A stretch of 64,000 bases of DNA, from positions 32,001-96,000 of the forward strand of contig CAXHZO010000002.1 in NCBI GenBank assembly GCA_964022095.1, in the 5' to 3' direction. How positions within the stretch are numbered: the first letter of the stretch is position 1; the number at the start of each line of letters is the position of its first letter. The DNA is from an uncultured Arcobacteraceae bacterium (GTDB lineage Bacteria; Campylobacterota; Campylobacteria; Campylobacterales; Arcobacteraceae). The notes beneath the pieces were generated by a model. That model had not been told where the DNA came from, ran no database searches, and was given only the letters and a program-made list of their open reading frames with translations. A program made the translations under genes and the position numbers. Positions 28,492 through 38,230 of this stretch are shown here, piece by piece.

Positions 28492-29733
28492 GTGGTAGAG
28501 AAAAATAGATGGCTAATGGCACTAAGTGCTGTAGGTGTGCATATCTGTATTGGTTCAGTATATGCTTGGAGTGTATATGTTAAACCTATTCAAACACAAA
28601 TGAACTGGGATTTAACAGATGTAACAATTGCGTTTAGTGTTGCGATATTCTTCTTAGGATTAAGTGCAGCTTTAATGGGTAAATTTGTTGAGAAAAATGG
28701 TCCAAGAGTATCTGCAATTATTGCAGCTTCATTGTTTGGTTTAGGAACTATGGGGTCTGGACTTGCAATTATGATGGAATCAAAATTGTTATTGTACTTC
28801 TTTTATGGAGTATTAGGTGGATGTGGACTTGGTATTGGATATATTTCTCCAGTTTCAACACTAGTAAAATGGTTCCCTGATAAAAGAGGTATGGCAACAG
28901 GACTTGCAATTATGGGATTTGGCTTCGCATCTGCTGTTTGGGGACCAACAATCAAAGTTTTAATTGAAGCAGTTGGAATTTCTGGAACATTCTTTATTTT
29001 AGGTGCAGTTTACTTTGTAATAATGTTTGCATCAGCACTTTATTTAGAAAAACCAGAAGAGGGTTATTTACCAGAAGGATTTAAAAAGAAAGTTGAATCT
29101 GGTAAAAAGAAAATCAAAAAAGACCTTGCTAATTTAGGATTAAACCAAGCTATTAAAACTCCAAGATTTTATGGCCTTTGGATTATGTTATTTATCAATG
29201 TAACTTGTGGTATTGCTATTATTGGTGTTGCTTCACCTTTATTACAAGAAGTACTTGGTGTATCTGCAATAGCAGCAGCTGCAGCTGTTGGTTTAATGGG
29301 TATTTTTAATGGTGCAGGTAGAATTATGTGGGCATCATTATCTGACTTTTTAACAAGACCTGTTGTTTATGTAATTTTCTTCGCAACTCAAGCAATTGCA
29401 TTTTATATGTTGCCTTCTATTACTGAAATTGTTGTATTTCAAGTGGTATTATACTTTATTATGACTTGTTATGGTGGCGGATTTGCTTCAATCCCAGCAT
29501 ATATTGGAGATATCTTTGGAACAAAAGAGCTTGGTGCTATTCATGGATATATCTTAACAGCATGGGCAGCAGCAGGACTTGTTGGTCCATTAATCATCTC
29601 AATGGTTAAAGATGCAACTGGATCATACTCTCAAACACTATATGTATTTGCTGCATTCTTTGTGGTTGCATTTATTGTTTCACTTTTAATGATAGTAAAT
29701 ATTAGAAGTATTAAAAAACAAAATAAACACTAA
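28492..29733 (+). CDS. OFA (oxalate:formate antiporter) family MFS transporter
   Basis: GSVYAWS, KWFPDKRG.ATG, FNGAGR..W and CYGGGF. Confidence 0.9.
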   Translation: MVEKNRWLMALSAVGVHICIGSVYAWSVYVKPIQTQMNWDLTDVTIAFSVAIFFLGLSAALMGKFVEKNGPRVSAIIAASLFGLGTMGSGLAIMMESKLLLYFFYGVLGGCGLGIGYISPVSTLVKWFPDKRGMATGLAIMGFGFASAVWGPTIKVLIEAVGISGTFFILGAVYFVIMFASALYLEKPEEGYLPEGFKKKVESGKKKIKKDLANLGLNQAIKTPRFYGLWIMLFINVTCGIAIIGVASPLLQEVLGVSAIAAAAAVGLMGIFNGAGRIMWASLSDFLTRPVVYVIFFATQAIAFYMLPSITEIVVFQVVLYFIMTCYGGGFASIPAYIGDIFGTKELGAIHGYILTAWAAAGLVGPLIISMVKDATGSYSQTLYVFAAFFVVAFIVSLLMIVNIRSIKKQNKH

Positions 29734-29754
29734 AAAGAGTTTAACTCTTTTTAG
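29730..29754. terminator. palindrome between convergent stop codons
   Basis: CTAAAAAGAGTT-t-AACTCTTTTTAG. Confidence 0.6.
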
Positions 29755-30437
29755 ATGTTTCTAACATCAATAAAACTACCTGATTCAAACTCATCAAATT
29801 TATCAATAACTTTATCTAATCTACTTGCAGCTTGAGTAGGAGTTTGGATTTCTCCATTTTTTAATCTTTGTGCTGAAGTAAATACAGTATCATCAATTTC
29901 AAATCTAATATAATCAGTCATAGGTGTTTCAATTACACCAGGAGCAACTGCTAATAGTTTTGTATTTATCATCTCTTTAGAATAAAGGTTTATAAGCATA
30001 TTAAGTCCAGCTTTTGATAAAGAGTAAGCTGCCCATCCATTTGAGCCATTTACAGCTGCTCCTGAAGATATAGCGACTACTTTTTTTGTATTAATCTTTG
30101 CTAAAATATCTAATAGCTCTTTATTTGCATAAACATTTAAACTATAAACTTCATTTAACTCTTCAGTTGATAGCTCAAATGATGATTTAATTTCTCCTAA
30201 CATTCCAGCATTTAAATATACAAGTTCAATCTTTTTTTCATTTAATATAATATGTTCTAAATTGCTTTTGATATTATTAATATCTGCTAAATCACATTGA
30301 ATATATTTAAAATGTTTATTTGTAATATTTGGTTTTGTTCTGGCTATTCCAATAACATTAAAGCCTTTATTTAAATAAAGTTGTGTTAATGCTAATCCTA
30401 ATCCTGAACTACAACCTGTAATTAATACTTTATTCAT
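29751..30437 (-). CDS. SDR family oxidoreductase (benzil/sepiapterin reductase-like)
   Basis: TGCSSGLG, NAG, ISSGAA, YSLSK and PGVIET. Confidence 0.88.
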   Translation of the reverse strand: MNKVLITGCSSGLGLALTQLYLNKGFNVIGIARTKPNITNKHFKYIQCDLADINNIKSNLEHIILNEKKIELVYLNAGMLGEIKSSFELSTEELNEVYSLNVYANKELLDILAKINTKKVVAISSGAAVNGSNGWAAYSLSKAGLNMLINLYSKEMINTKLLAVAPGVIETPMTDYIRFEIDDTVFTSAQRLKNGEIQTPTQAASRLDKVIDKFDEFESGSFIDVRNI

Positions 30438-30551
30438 ATATACATCCTTTTTATAATTGTTATAGTAGATTAAAGTAGGTTAAAATATATTTAGATATAA
30501 TCAATTCACTTTAAAAAAGGGAAGAAAGTATATTTATACTTTGACTTAAAA

Positions 30552-31688
30552 TTGCAACAATTTAAAATAACAGATAAAATTAAAAACCTTCAATTAGATG
30601 ATATAGAAGACAAACTTTTTTACTACTCATATGATAATAGAAGTTTAAAAGCACTACTTAGAAATAATGTTTCAAAAGATGACGTATCTTATGTTTCTGC
30701 TTATAGCAGTTTTAGAGGTGAAGTTTATGAAAATGTAATCTATGAATTACTTTTACAATATGCTATTACAAATGAAGATATTACAAGATTTGTATTAAAA
30801 GGCCCGTATCAAAATAAAGAGAATTTATATATTAAAAGCGGACTTTTAATAGACAGTAGTTCTCAAATAGTATATAGATCTGCATACAAAGATATATCTG
30901 AGTTTGATGCACTATTTTTTACACAAGATAGCATTTATTTTGTAGAAATGAGTACTTCAAAAAAAACAGCAAGTTTAAATAAAAGACTTGCTAAAAAGCA
31001 TGCTTTATTAAAATTGATTTTTCCTAACTTAAATATTAAAGCTTTAATTGTAGTAACTAAAGGTTCAATTGGTCTTAAAAACTTCCCTGACTATGCTACT
31101 ATTTGGGTTACAAATGATTTAGATGATGATAAACTATTAGAAAAAATCATTTTTGCAAAAAAAGCAAAAAAAGATATTCAATCTCTTAATCCTCCAAAAC
31201 AAAAGAAATTTATTGAAACTTTAAAAGTTAGATACAAGAAATTCCAATATTTTCCAACTTTACAATGGATATTAGATAGGTCAAGATCACATAAGTTTTT
31301 TGATGTAGATTTAAAGTTTTTCTCTTCATCAAGACTTAGTTTATATTTTGACTTATATACAAAACTTTATATAGGATATTTATCAACACAAGAGTTTACA
31401 AAGATTTATTCAGACTTTGAATTTAAAGTAAAAACTGATAGGGTTATTGTAACTATAGAAAAAGTTAATCAAACACAATTAGACTTAGTATACTACGCAA
31501 AACTTACAAATGGCAAATTAAAAAGAATAAGAGTTCAAGAAGATAATGTTTCAATAAAAGATAAAGAACCAGATGGTTTTACAAATGCAGAAGTTAGATT
31601 TTTTATGAAAGTTCTTGAAGAGAAACATGCTTTAAATGAAACAAATATAAAGCATATTTCTAATAATTTAGATTTAATCGACTATTAG
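30552..31688 (+). CDS. hypothetical protein with possible PD-(D/E)XK nuclease-like fold
   Basis: 378-aa ORF; GEVYE helix, EFDALF and FVEMSTSK. Confidence 0.55.
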   Translation: MQQFKITDKIKNLQLDDIEDKLFYYSYDNRSLKALLRNNVSKDDVSYVSAYSSFRGEVYENVIYELLLQYAITNEDITRFVLKGPYQNKENLYIKSGLLIDSSSQIVYRSAYKDISEFDALFFTQDSIYFVEMSTSKKTASLNKRLAKKHALLKLIFPNLNIKALIVVTKGSIGLKNFPDYATIWVTNDLDDDKLLEKIIFAKKAKKDIQSLNPPKQKKFIETLKVRYKKFQYFPTLQWILDRSRSHKFFDVDLKFFSSSRLSLYFDLYTKLYIGYLSTQEFTKIYSDFEFKVKTDRVIVTIEKVNQTQLDLVYYAKLTNGKLKRIRVQEDNVSIKDKEPDGFTNAEVRFFMKVLEEKHALNETNIKHISNNLDLIDY

Positions 31689-33628
31689 AAGATTAAATCT
31701 TTTTGCATTTTGTCATATTTATAAATATCATCTCTAAATTGTAGTTTTCCATTTTCATCAACCCAAGAAGTTAAATACACAATATGTACTGGAATTCTTT
31801 TCTTTAATCCAATATCTTTTTTCTCAATATCACTTAGTACTTCATTAGCTTTATCATAATCAAGATTTGCGTCATATGAAGAGATTGTTTTTAGTAATTC
31901 TTTAGGATCTGCTAATCTAATACAACCATGCGAAAATGCTCTTTTTGACCTTCTAAATAGTGATTTAGCAGGTGTATCATGCATATATACTGAGTATTTA
32001 TTTGGGAACATAAATTTCATTCTACCTAGTGGGTTTTGGTTGCTTGGTATTTGAATAAATCTTAAATTTGGTAAAGTTAGTATCTCTTCACTAACAACCA
32101 TAGGTTCTACTGGTTTTCTTTTTCTTATGTCTTCTAAGTTTTGTAAATAAGCTAAATATTCATTCCAGTTTATTGATAATGAATCATATTGTAAAGAGTT
32201 AGGATCCCAACCTTCATGTATTCTAATACCTTTTTCATTTACATAATTAGGGTTATTTACTAGTTTTGGAATAAGCTCATTTTTTGCAATTCTTTTTGGT
32301 ATTTTCCAATAAGGATTTAAAACTATATATGACATTTCATTTGAAAATATTGGTGTAGGGTGTTTTTTCTCACCTACTACAACTCTCATATCAAGTTTTA
32401 TCTCACCTTGGTCATACATTTTTAATTTATAATCTGGAATATTAACTAGTAAATATTTTTCTCCTAAATTTCTAGGTAACCATCTCATTCTCTCTAGATT
32501 CAATCTTATTTTTTCAATTTTATTTTTAGCAGTAATATTTAAAAATTTTCTAGTAGCAGGTCCTACTACACCATCTGCAGCTAAACCATGACTTTTTTGA
32601 AAAGATATTACAGCATTTTTTAACTCTTCATCAAAAACTACTTCACAATCTTTTTGTTTAATCTCTTTTTCTTTTAAAACTGCAGTAGTAGTCTGTTTAA
32701 TTTCAGTATTAATCTGTTCTTCTATTCCATTAGGAGTTTGTACTGCTTGTCTTTGAATATTATTAGTTATTATCTCATTTGCTGCAATAACTTGTTCACA
32801 GTTTTTTATTAAATCATTACTTTGTAATAATCTTTGTCTTAATACTTTAACCGTTTCTGATCTATCACCTAGTCTTAGACTCTTTTTAAATGTTGGTATT
32901 TTAGTGTAGTCACCATTTTCTACTACTTTTTTAAGCTCATCAATTGCTGTGATTAGTTTATCAGAGTTTGGATAAGTAAAGTTTGCTTTTGCAATTGCAT
33001 TTTCTAAGTTGTTTTGGTTTATTGCTTCAATTAAAAGTTTTCTTTTATCAACTTTTGCATTAAACTTTTCCCAATCAGCTAAAATATCTTTTCTTTTTAG
33101 AACATTTAATCTTCTTTTGAATTTTGACCAGTTTATTGTTCCTTTTGTAAGATATCTCATATATCTATCATAAATTTCAGTAAGCATAAAATCAATTTCA
33201 ATCATTGATTTATTATAGTTTTCAGGTGATTTATCTAGTTTTGATAGTGCATCTAAAACTTTATCTAGTTTAAAAGCACTTGTTGCTTTAGGTTCAATTA
33301 CTGGGTCATTTTTTATATAATCAAGTAGTTCTAATGCAATGTTTTTGATACCATCTTCATTGAACCAAAATGGTTGATATTGATTCTTTTTATAATAAGT
33401 TCTAAGATATTTTTTTGAAGTAAATAGAAATCTTCTTTTTGTTCTTAATACATCTTTAATATCTTTAGTAATTATCTCTTCAAAAGATGGTTTAGGTAAT
33501 TCAATTTCTACATTTTCATTTGTACTTGAATTTATATTTTTTTCTAAGCTATTTTTATTTTCTAAATTTGCATATAAGTTTGTCGCAGTTAATAAACAAA
33601 TTGAAAAAATAAAGGTTTTCTTTAACAT
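31685..33628 (-). CDS. L,D-transpeptidase, YcbB/LdtD family
   Basis: FQ..HGL.ADGVVG PG-binding domain; NLERMRW, VNIP, NP.G..KF.FPN and YMHDTP...SHGCIR. Confidence 0.9.
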   Translation of the reverse strand: MLKKTFIFSICLLTATNLYANLENKNSLEKNINSSTNENVEIELPKPSFEEIITKDIKDVLRTKRRFLFTSKKYLRTYYKKNQYQPFWFNEDGIKNIALELLDYIKNDPVIEPKATSAFKLDKVLDALSKLDKSPENYNKSMIEIDFMLTEIYDRYMRYLTKGTINWSKFKRRLNVLKRKDILADWEKFNAKVDKRKLLIEAINQNNLENAIAKANFTYPNSDKLITAIDELKKVVENGDYTKIPTFKKSLRLGDRSETVKVLRQRLLQSNDLIKNCEQVIAANEIITNNIQRQAVQTPNGIEEQINTEIKQTTTAVLKEKEIKQKDCEVVFDEELKNAVISFQKSHGLAADGVVGPATRKFLNITAKNKIEKIRLNLERMRWLPRNLGEKYLLVNIPDYKLKMYDQGEIKLDMRVVVGEKKHPTPIFSNEMSYIVLNPYWKIPKRIAKNELIPKLVNNPNYVNEKGIRIHEGWDPNSLQYDSLSINWNEYLAYLQNLEDIRKRKPVEPMVVSEEILTLPNLRFIQIPSNQNPLGRMKFMFPNKYSVYMHDTPAKSLFRRSKRAFSHGCIRLADPKELLKTISSYDANLDYDKANEVLSDIEKKDIGLKKRIPVHIVYLTSWVDENGKLQFRDDIYKYDKMQKDLIF

Positions 33629-33815
33629 TTCATTCCCTTGGTGTAGTATAACTAGTTATTTATGATTTAAAATACCAAAATATAGATTAAAAAATACTAT
33701 TTTGTAGTTATTATTTTAGAAGTAATTCAAAAATTTATATAATTTTTTTTTAATAATTAAATGAGAATAAATTAAAAAAAAGGTATAATCCCGTTATTTT
33801 ATTAGTTAGGTTGAC

Positions 33816-35087
33816 ATGAAAATACTATACGGTTGGTTTATTTTAATTGCTTTGATCTTATTTGCATTTTATTATGTAAATTTAAATTTAGAAAAAACTG
33901 TATTAGTTGATGATTTTTTAAAACTTAATGAAACCCCCACAAATATAGCTTATTCTGTAAAAAATGTAAATAATAAATCTGAAATAATCTCTTTAAATAT
34001 TGATAAAAATAGTGAAATTATTGTATTAAGTAGCAGTGAAAAAAAAATTAAAAATAGTGAAGATGAAACATTAAAAGTAAAAGTTAACAGAGCAGGTAAA
34101 AATGTTATTTTAATCTTACTTTCATCATCTGATGTTACTTGGGAAGTTCTTCCTTCTGATAATACAAATATTGATTTGATTGTATTTAATAATCCCTCTT
34201 CAAATGTTGTGTCAAAAACTAAAATATATAAAAAATATGAAGATTTAGAGTATATTGAAAATGTAGATAAAGTAGAATTTTTACATTTAATTAGTTTTAT
34301 AAAAGAACAGTTTAAGCAGAAAAAAATATCATATTTTTATAAACAAATTAATAATGAATCTATTCTTGTAGATATCACACAGTTTAATGATAAATTATCT
34401 TTAGAATACTTATCTTCAAATAAAGTTCAAAGAGATGTTCAATTTGAACTTTTATCTAAAGACTTAAAGTTTATCAAGTTTAATTTATATGGTCCAATTG
34501 ATAAAAATAATAAAAATACATTAATAGAAAAAAATGTAACTTTTAATCCAAGTAAAACAAAAATATATAAAGTTTTAGAAAATGGAATAAAAATAAAAAA
34601 TATAAAAGAGAATAGCGAAACAATAAAACCAATACCTGTAATAAAAAAGATATTTAATTCAAAAGGTATTGCATATGATAGGTTAAATGACAGAGTTTTT
34701 GTTGCTGGTAAGTTTGGAAAATTTTATGTTTTTGATGCAAACGAAGAAAGATGGCTATCTATTAGAAAATATATTGATGATTTCGATATTAATTCACTTA
34801 GTTATGATTTAGTTTCAAATGTGTATTTATCTTCAACATGGAAAAATGAAGGAATTTTAATTTTTGATCATGATGGAAACTTTGTAAAAAGAATAGATTT
34901 AATAAATAAATTAAAAGGTCTTTCTTATTACTACGACAAAGGAATACAAGATGTGCCACAATTATATATTGTAGGTGAGGGGAATGATATAGCCTTAGTT
35001 TTAATAAATGATTTTGTTGAATTTATATGGTTGTATGATGAGTTTAGTGATAAAGTTACTTTAACTTATAATTACTACGATATGTAA
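33816..35087 (+). CDS. hypothetical membrane-anchored protein, beta-rich C-terminal region
   Basis: N-terminal TM; GIAYD..N.RVFV and SLSYD repeats suggest propeller blades. Confidence 0.6.
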   Translation: MKILYGWFILIALILFAFYYVNLNLEKTVLVDDFLKLNETPTNIAYSVKNVNNKSEIISLNIDKNSEIIVLSSSEKKIKNSEDETLKVKVNRAGKNVILILLSSSDVTWEVLPSDNTNIDLIVFNNPSSNVVSKTKIYKKYEDLEYIENVDKVEFLHLISFIKEQFKQKKISYFYKQINNESILVDITQFNDKLSLEYLSSNKVQRDVQFELLSKDLKFIKFNLYGPIDKNNKNTLIEKNVTFNPSKTKIYKVLENGIKIKNIKENSETIKPIPVIKKIFNSKGIAYDRLNDRVFVAGKFGKFYVFDANEERWLSIRKYIDDFDINSLSYDLVSNVYLSSTWKNEGILIFDHDGNFVKRIDLINKLKGLSYYYDKGIQDVPQLYIVGEGNDIALVLINDFVEFIWLYDEFSDKVTLTYNYYDM

Positions 35088-35746
35088 TCTTTTTTAGGTT
35101 TAAATCTAATATTTTTATTAATATCTTTTATAAATTCTAACTGATAATCAACCATAGTTTCAAAGGGTTTTAAAAAATTATCTAAAGATTTATTTGATAT
35201 GTTTTCAATGTTTTTTTCATTTAATAGTTCAAGAATTACTTTAGTTGACTCAATTGTCGACAAGCAGTAGCTCTTAGGCTGTGTTTTTATTTTAAAATTT
35301 GATATTTCATTATGTGTAAAACTAAGTTTTTTTAACTTTTGTAAGTTTTCACTTAGTCGTAATATTTTTTTTGAGCAAGGCCATGTTGAATCTATTATAA
35401 ATAATAGTAAATTTTTTGATGAATCAATTTTGTCCTTGTTTAAATTTACACTATTTTCTCCTGGGTACATTACAAAAGCTTCATAACTTGAATCGTTGAT
35501 TAATTCATTTACTCTATTATGATTTGTAAAATCTATACCTATATATAATTCACTGTTATCTAAAGAGTTGTTAGTCATATGACCTGTACCATTTTTTGTT
35601 TTTTTGTACTCTTTTGGATGCATAAGAATTACAAATTTTGTTTTTGTTTTAATTGGTGTTTTAATTGAAGAGCAAATACATGATTTCTTTGGTCTATAAC
35701 ATTTATAACATACAGTTCTATTAATAGTTTTACTCATATTTCCCAT
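35075..35746 (-). CDS. DTW domain tRNA-uridine aminocarboxypropyltransferase (TapT-like)
   Basis: CxxC..C.C, HPKE, IDSTW and LSTIE. Confidence 0.88.
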   Translation of the reverse strand: MGNMSKTINRTVCYKCYRPKKSCICSSIKTPIKTKTKFVILMHPKEYKKTKNGTGHMTNNSLDNSELYIGIDFTNHNRVNELINDSSYEAFVMYPGENSVNLNKDKIDSSKNLLLFIIDSTWPCSKKILRLSENLQKLKKLSFTHNEISNFKIKTQPKSYCLSTIESTKVILELLNEKNIENISNKSLDNFLKPFETMVDYQLEFIKDINKNIRFKPKKDYIS

Positions 35747-35806
35747 TTTAGATAGATTTAAAATTAGTTTTTTGTTATTATATACAAAATAATTTAAAGG
35801 TAAGTT

Positions 35807-36907
35807 TTGGACTTTTTAGAAAAAAATATTGTTACAGAAAAGAATGAAGTATCAAAAGTTTATAATACTAATTTTACAGCAGCTTTTTATTTCTTTGCAT
35901 TTATGAGTTTAGTTGTATTTACATTAAGCAGTTTAAGTGACATTTTAACTCCAATTGCAATTGCAATTTTAATTTGGTTTTTAATAAATGCTTTTGCAAA
36001 TCAAATTAAAAAACTACCCTTTATGAACTCAAACTTTGGAGAACTTATTGCTATTCCTATATCTTTAATTATAATTGTATATTCAATGTTTGAAATAGGA
36101 AGTTTTATTACTAGTAGTATGGTTGAATTAAGTTCAACTATTTCTCAATTAGATAGTAAAATAAGTGTTATTTTAGAAAAAATATCAACTTTGACATCAT
36201 TTGATGTTGTAACTCCTGTTGAAAAACTTTTTGAACAGTTTAGTTTAACAACACTTATTAACAAAGTTATCTCTGCATTTAGTTCGATTTTTAGTAATAT
36301 TGTTCAGATACTTTTATATGTACTTTTTTTATTATTGGATCAAAGATTTTTTAATGCTAAAATAAATGCACTTTTTTCAAACTATGAAACAAGACAAAAA
36401 GCAAAAGAGGTTTTATCTTCAATTTCTAAAACGATTAGAATGTATCTTTCTATAACCACTATTATTAGTTTATTAACAGGTGTTTTAACATATGCTATTT
36501 GTAGTTTTTTTGGCCTTGAGGGTGCAGTTTTATGGGGATTTATTGCTTTTATTTTAAACTTTATTCCTACAATTGGAAGTATTATTGCAGTGTTTATTCC
36601 TTTAATGTTTGCATTAGTTCAATTTACTGATTATTCAGTAGTATTAATTTTATTTGTATGTTTAGTAAGTGTTCAGTTTGTTATTGGAAATATTTTATAT
36701 CCAAGATTAATGGGAAATAAATTAAATATATCTCAATTTGTTGTTATTTTATCTTTAGTTATTTGGGGAGCTATGTGGGGGACAGTGGGAATGTTTTTAT
36801 CCGTTCCTTTAATGATGATAATATTAATTATTCTTTCACAGTTTGAAAATACAAAAGCTATGGCGATTTTAATATCAGGTGATGGAAAGATTTTTAAAGC
36901 TTCATAA
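35807..36907 (+). CDS. AI-2E family transporter
   Basis: LNFIPTIGS, GN..YPRLMG and WG..WG..GMFLSVPL. Confidence 0.9.
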   Translation: MDFLEKNIVTEKNEVSKVYNTNFTAAFYFFAFMSLVVFTLSSLSDILTPIAIAILIWFLINAFANQIKKLPFMNSNFGELIAIPISLIIIVYSMFEIGSFITSSMVELSSTISQLDSKISVILEKISTLTSFDVVTPVEKLFEQFSLTTLINKVISAFSSIFSNIVQILLYVLFLLLDQRFFNAKINALFSNYETRQKAKEVLSSISKTIRMYLSITTIISLLTGVLTYAICSFFGLEGAVLWGFIAFILNFIPTIGSIIAVFIPLMFALVQFTDYSVVLILFVCLVSVQFVIGNILYPRLMGNKLNISQFVVILSLVIWGAMWGTVGMFLSVPLMMIILIILSQFENTKAMAILISGDGKIFKAS

Positions 36908-36972
36908 TAATTTTTTGATTATTAATAAAAAAGTTGTATAATAGTTTTAGTCTTAAAAAAAAGGATTAAATT

Positions 36973-37440
36973 ATGAAAAATTTATTTAAAATTGATACAG
37001 TAAAAGCTCATTGTGATGTTCCTTGTGGAATTTATGATCCAATTACAGCACAGATTGCTGCACTTTCTGTTATACGAATGGTTGACCTTATGGAAGGTTT
37101 AGAAAAGTCTGACTCTTTAGAGTATTCAAACACTATTTCAAGACACATCGCCGTTAAAGAAGAAGAAGCTGAAAAAGTAAAACATGAAATTAGAATTATT
37201 TGGGGTGATTTTATTAAGCCTCCTCAAATTGAGAAATATCCTGAAATTCATAAAATAGTACATAATATTATGATGCTAGGTAGTGAAAATAGACAACATG
37301 TATCTAGAGACAAAGCTCTTGAATTACTAAAAGAAGTAAATAAATTTGCTCAAATTTTTTGGGAAATCAAAGAAAAACAAACAAAAACGGTTAAAGCACC
37401 ATATGCACCAAATGAGGATATTGTAGTACCAGTATTATAA
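36973..37440 (+). CDS. sodN: nickel-containing superoxide dismutase
   Basis: 12-aa leader followed by the Ni-hook HCDVPCGIYDP; KEE.AE.VKHE and W.DF.K. Confidence 0.95.
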   Translation: MKNLFKIDTVKAHCDVPCGIYDPITAQIAALSVIRMVDLMEGLEKSDSLEYSNTISRHIAVKEEEAEKVKHEIRIIWGDFIKPPQIEKYPEIHKIVHNIMMLGSENRQHVSRDKALELLKEVNKFAQIFWEIKEKQTKTVKAPYAPNEDIVVPVL

Positions 37441-37721
37441 TGTTTAAACTTTTTAAATGTGAGGGAAATTCACTTTTCCCTCTATATAAAGATTCTCAAA
37501 CTATACTTACAATTAAAAAAAATAGATTTCTTAGTTTTAAAGTAGGAGATGTAGTTGTGTTTTTTCATAAAGATTATGGATTGATGATTAAAATAATCAA
37601 AGAAATAAAAGATAATAGTTTTTATGTAATAGGAACAAGTCCTGATAGTATAGATAGCAGAAACTTTGGATATATATCAAAAAATGATATAAAATACAAA
37701 GTTTTGTTTAAAATTTTCTAA
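37440..37721 (+). CDS. sodX: Ni-SOD maturation peptidase (S26 family)
   Basis: GNS..P (Ser), GDVVVF, MIK (Lys) and SIDSRNFG; TAATG stop/start overlap with sodN. Confidence 0.85.
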   Translation: MFKLFKCEGNSLFPLYKDSQTILTIKKNRFLSFKVGDVVVFFHKDYGLMIKIIKEIKDNSFYVIGTSPDSIDSRNFGYISKNDIKYKVLFKIF

Positions 37722-38230
37722 CTATTTTTACCATGGCCTTTACTATGTCCATGTCCACTTTGACCTTCTCTTTGTAAAAGTTCATCAAAGTTTTCTCCAC
37801 CAATATTATATGCTTTCCCAAATCCAAATACTGCTTCGCCATAAGTTGGTGAAAATTCAAATATATAGAAATCAGCCATACTTGATAAAGTATTTATCAT
37901 ATCTTCATCAAATTTAATTTTAAATTGCTCTAAAACTTCTTTTTCTTCACTACTTTCTTGCTTGAATCTTTTAGAATAACATTGCAGTGAAACTCTTTTT
38001 CTTGCAAATATATTTTTACACTCATTTTCATCTTCAATTAATAAAAGAGAACACTTATTATTAATAATAAGATTTTGAGAGTGTTTTGCCATTAGTGACA
38101 AATATACATAATATTTGCTATTGTATTTTACAAAAGGTGCATATGATGAAAAAGGAAACTCTTTATCATCTAGAGAGTTTATACAAACACTTTTTATTGA
38201 GTCTATAAACTCATTTAATTCTTTACTCAT
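37718..38230 (-). CDS. HugZ/HutZ-like pyridoxamine-5'-phosphate oxidase-family protein
   Basis: SYAPF, S.MAKHSQNL, IEDE....IFARKR and FGFGKAY; His-rich tail. Confidence 0.82.
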   Translation of the reverse strand: MSKELNEFIDSIKSVCINSLDDKEFPFSSYAPFVKYNSKYYVYLSLMAKHSQNLIINNKCSLLLIEDENECKNIFARKRVSLQCYSKRFKQESSEEKEVLEQFKIKFDEDMINTLSSMADFYIFEFSPTYGEAVFGFGKAYNIGGENFDELLQREGQSGHGHSKGHGKNS

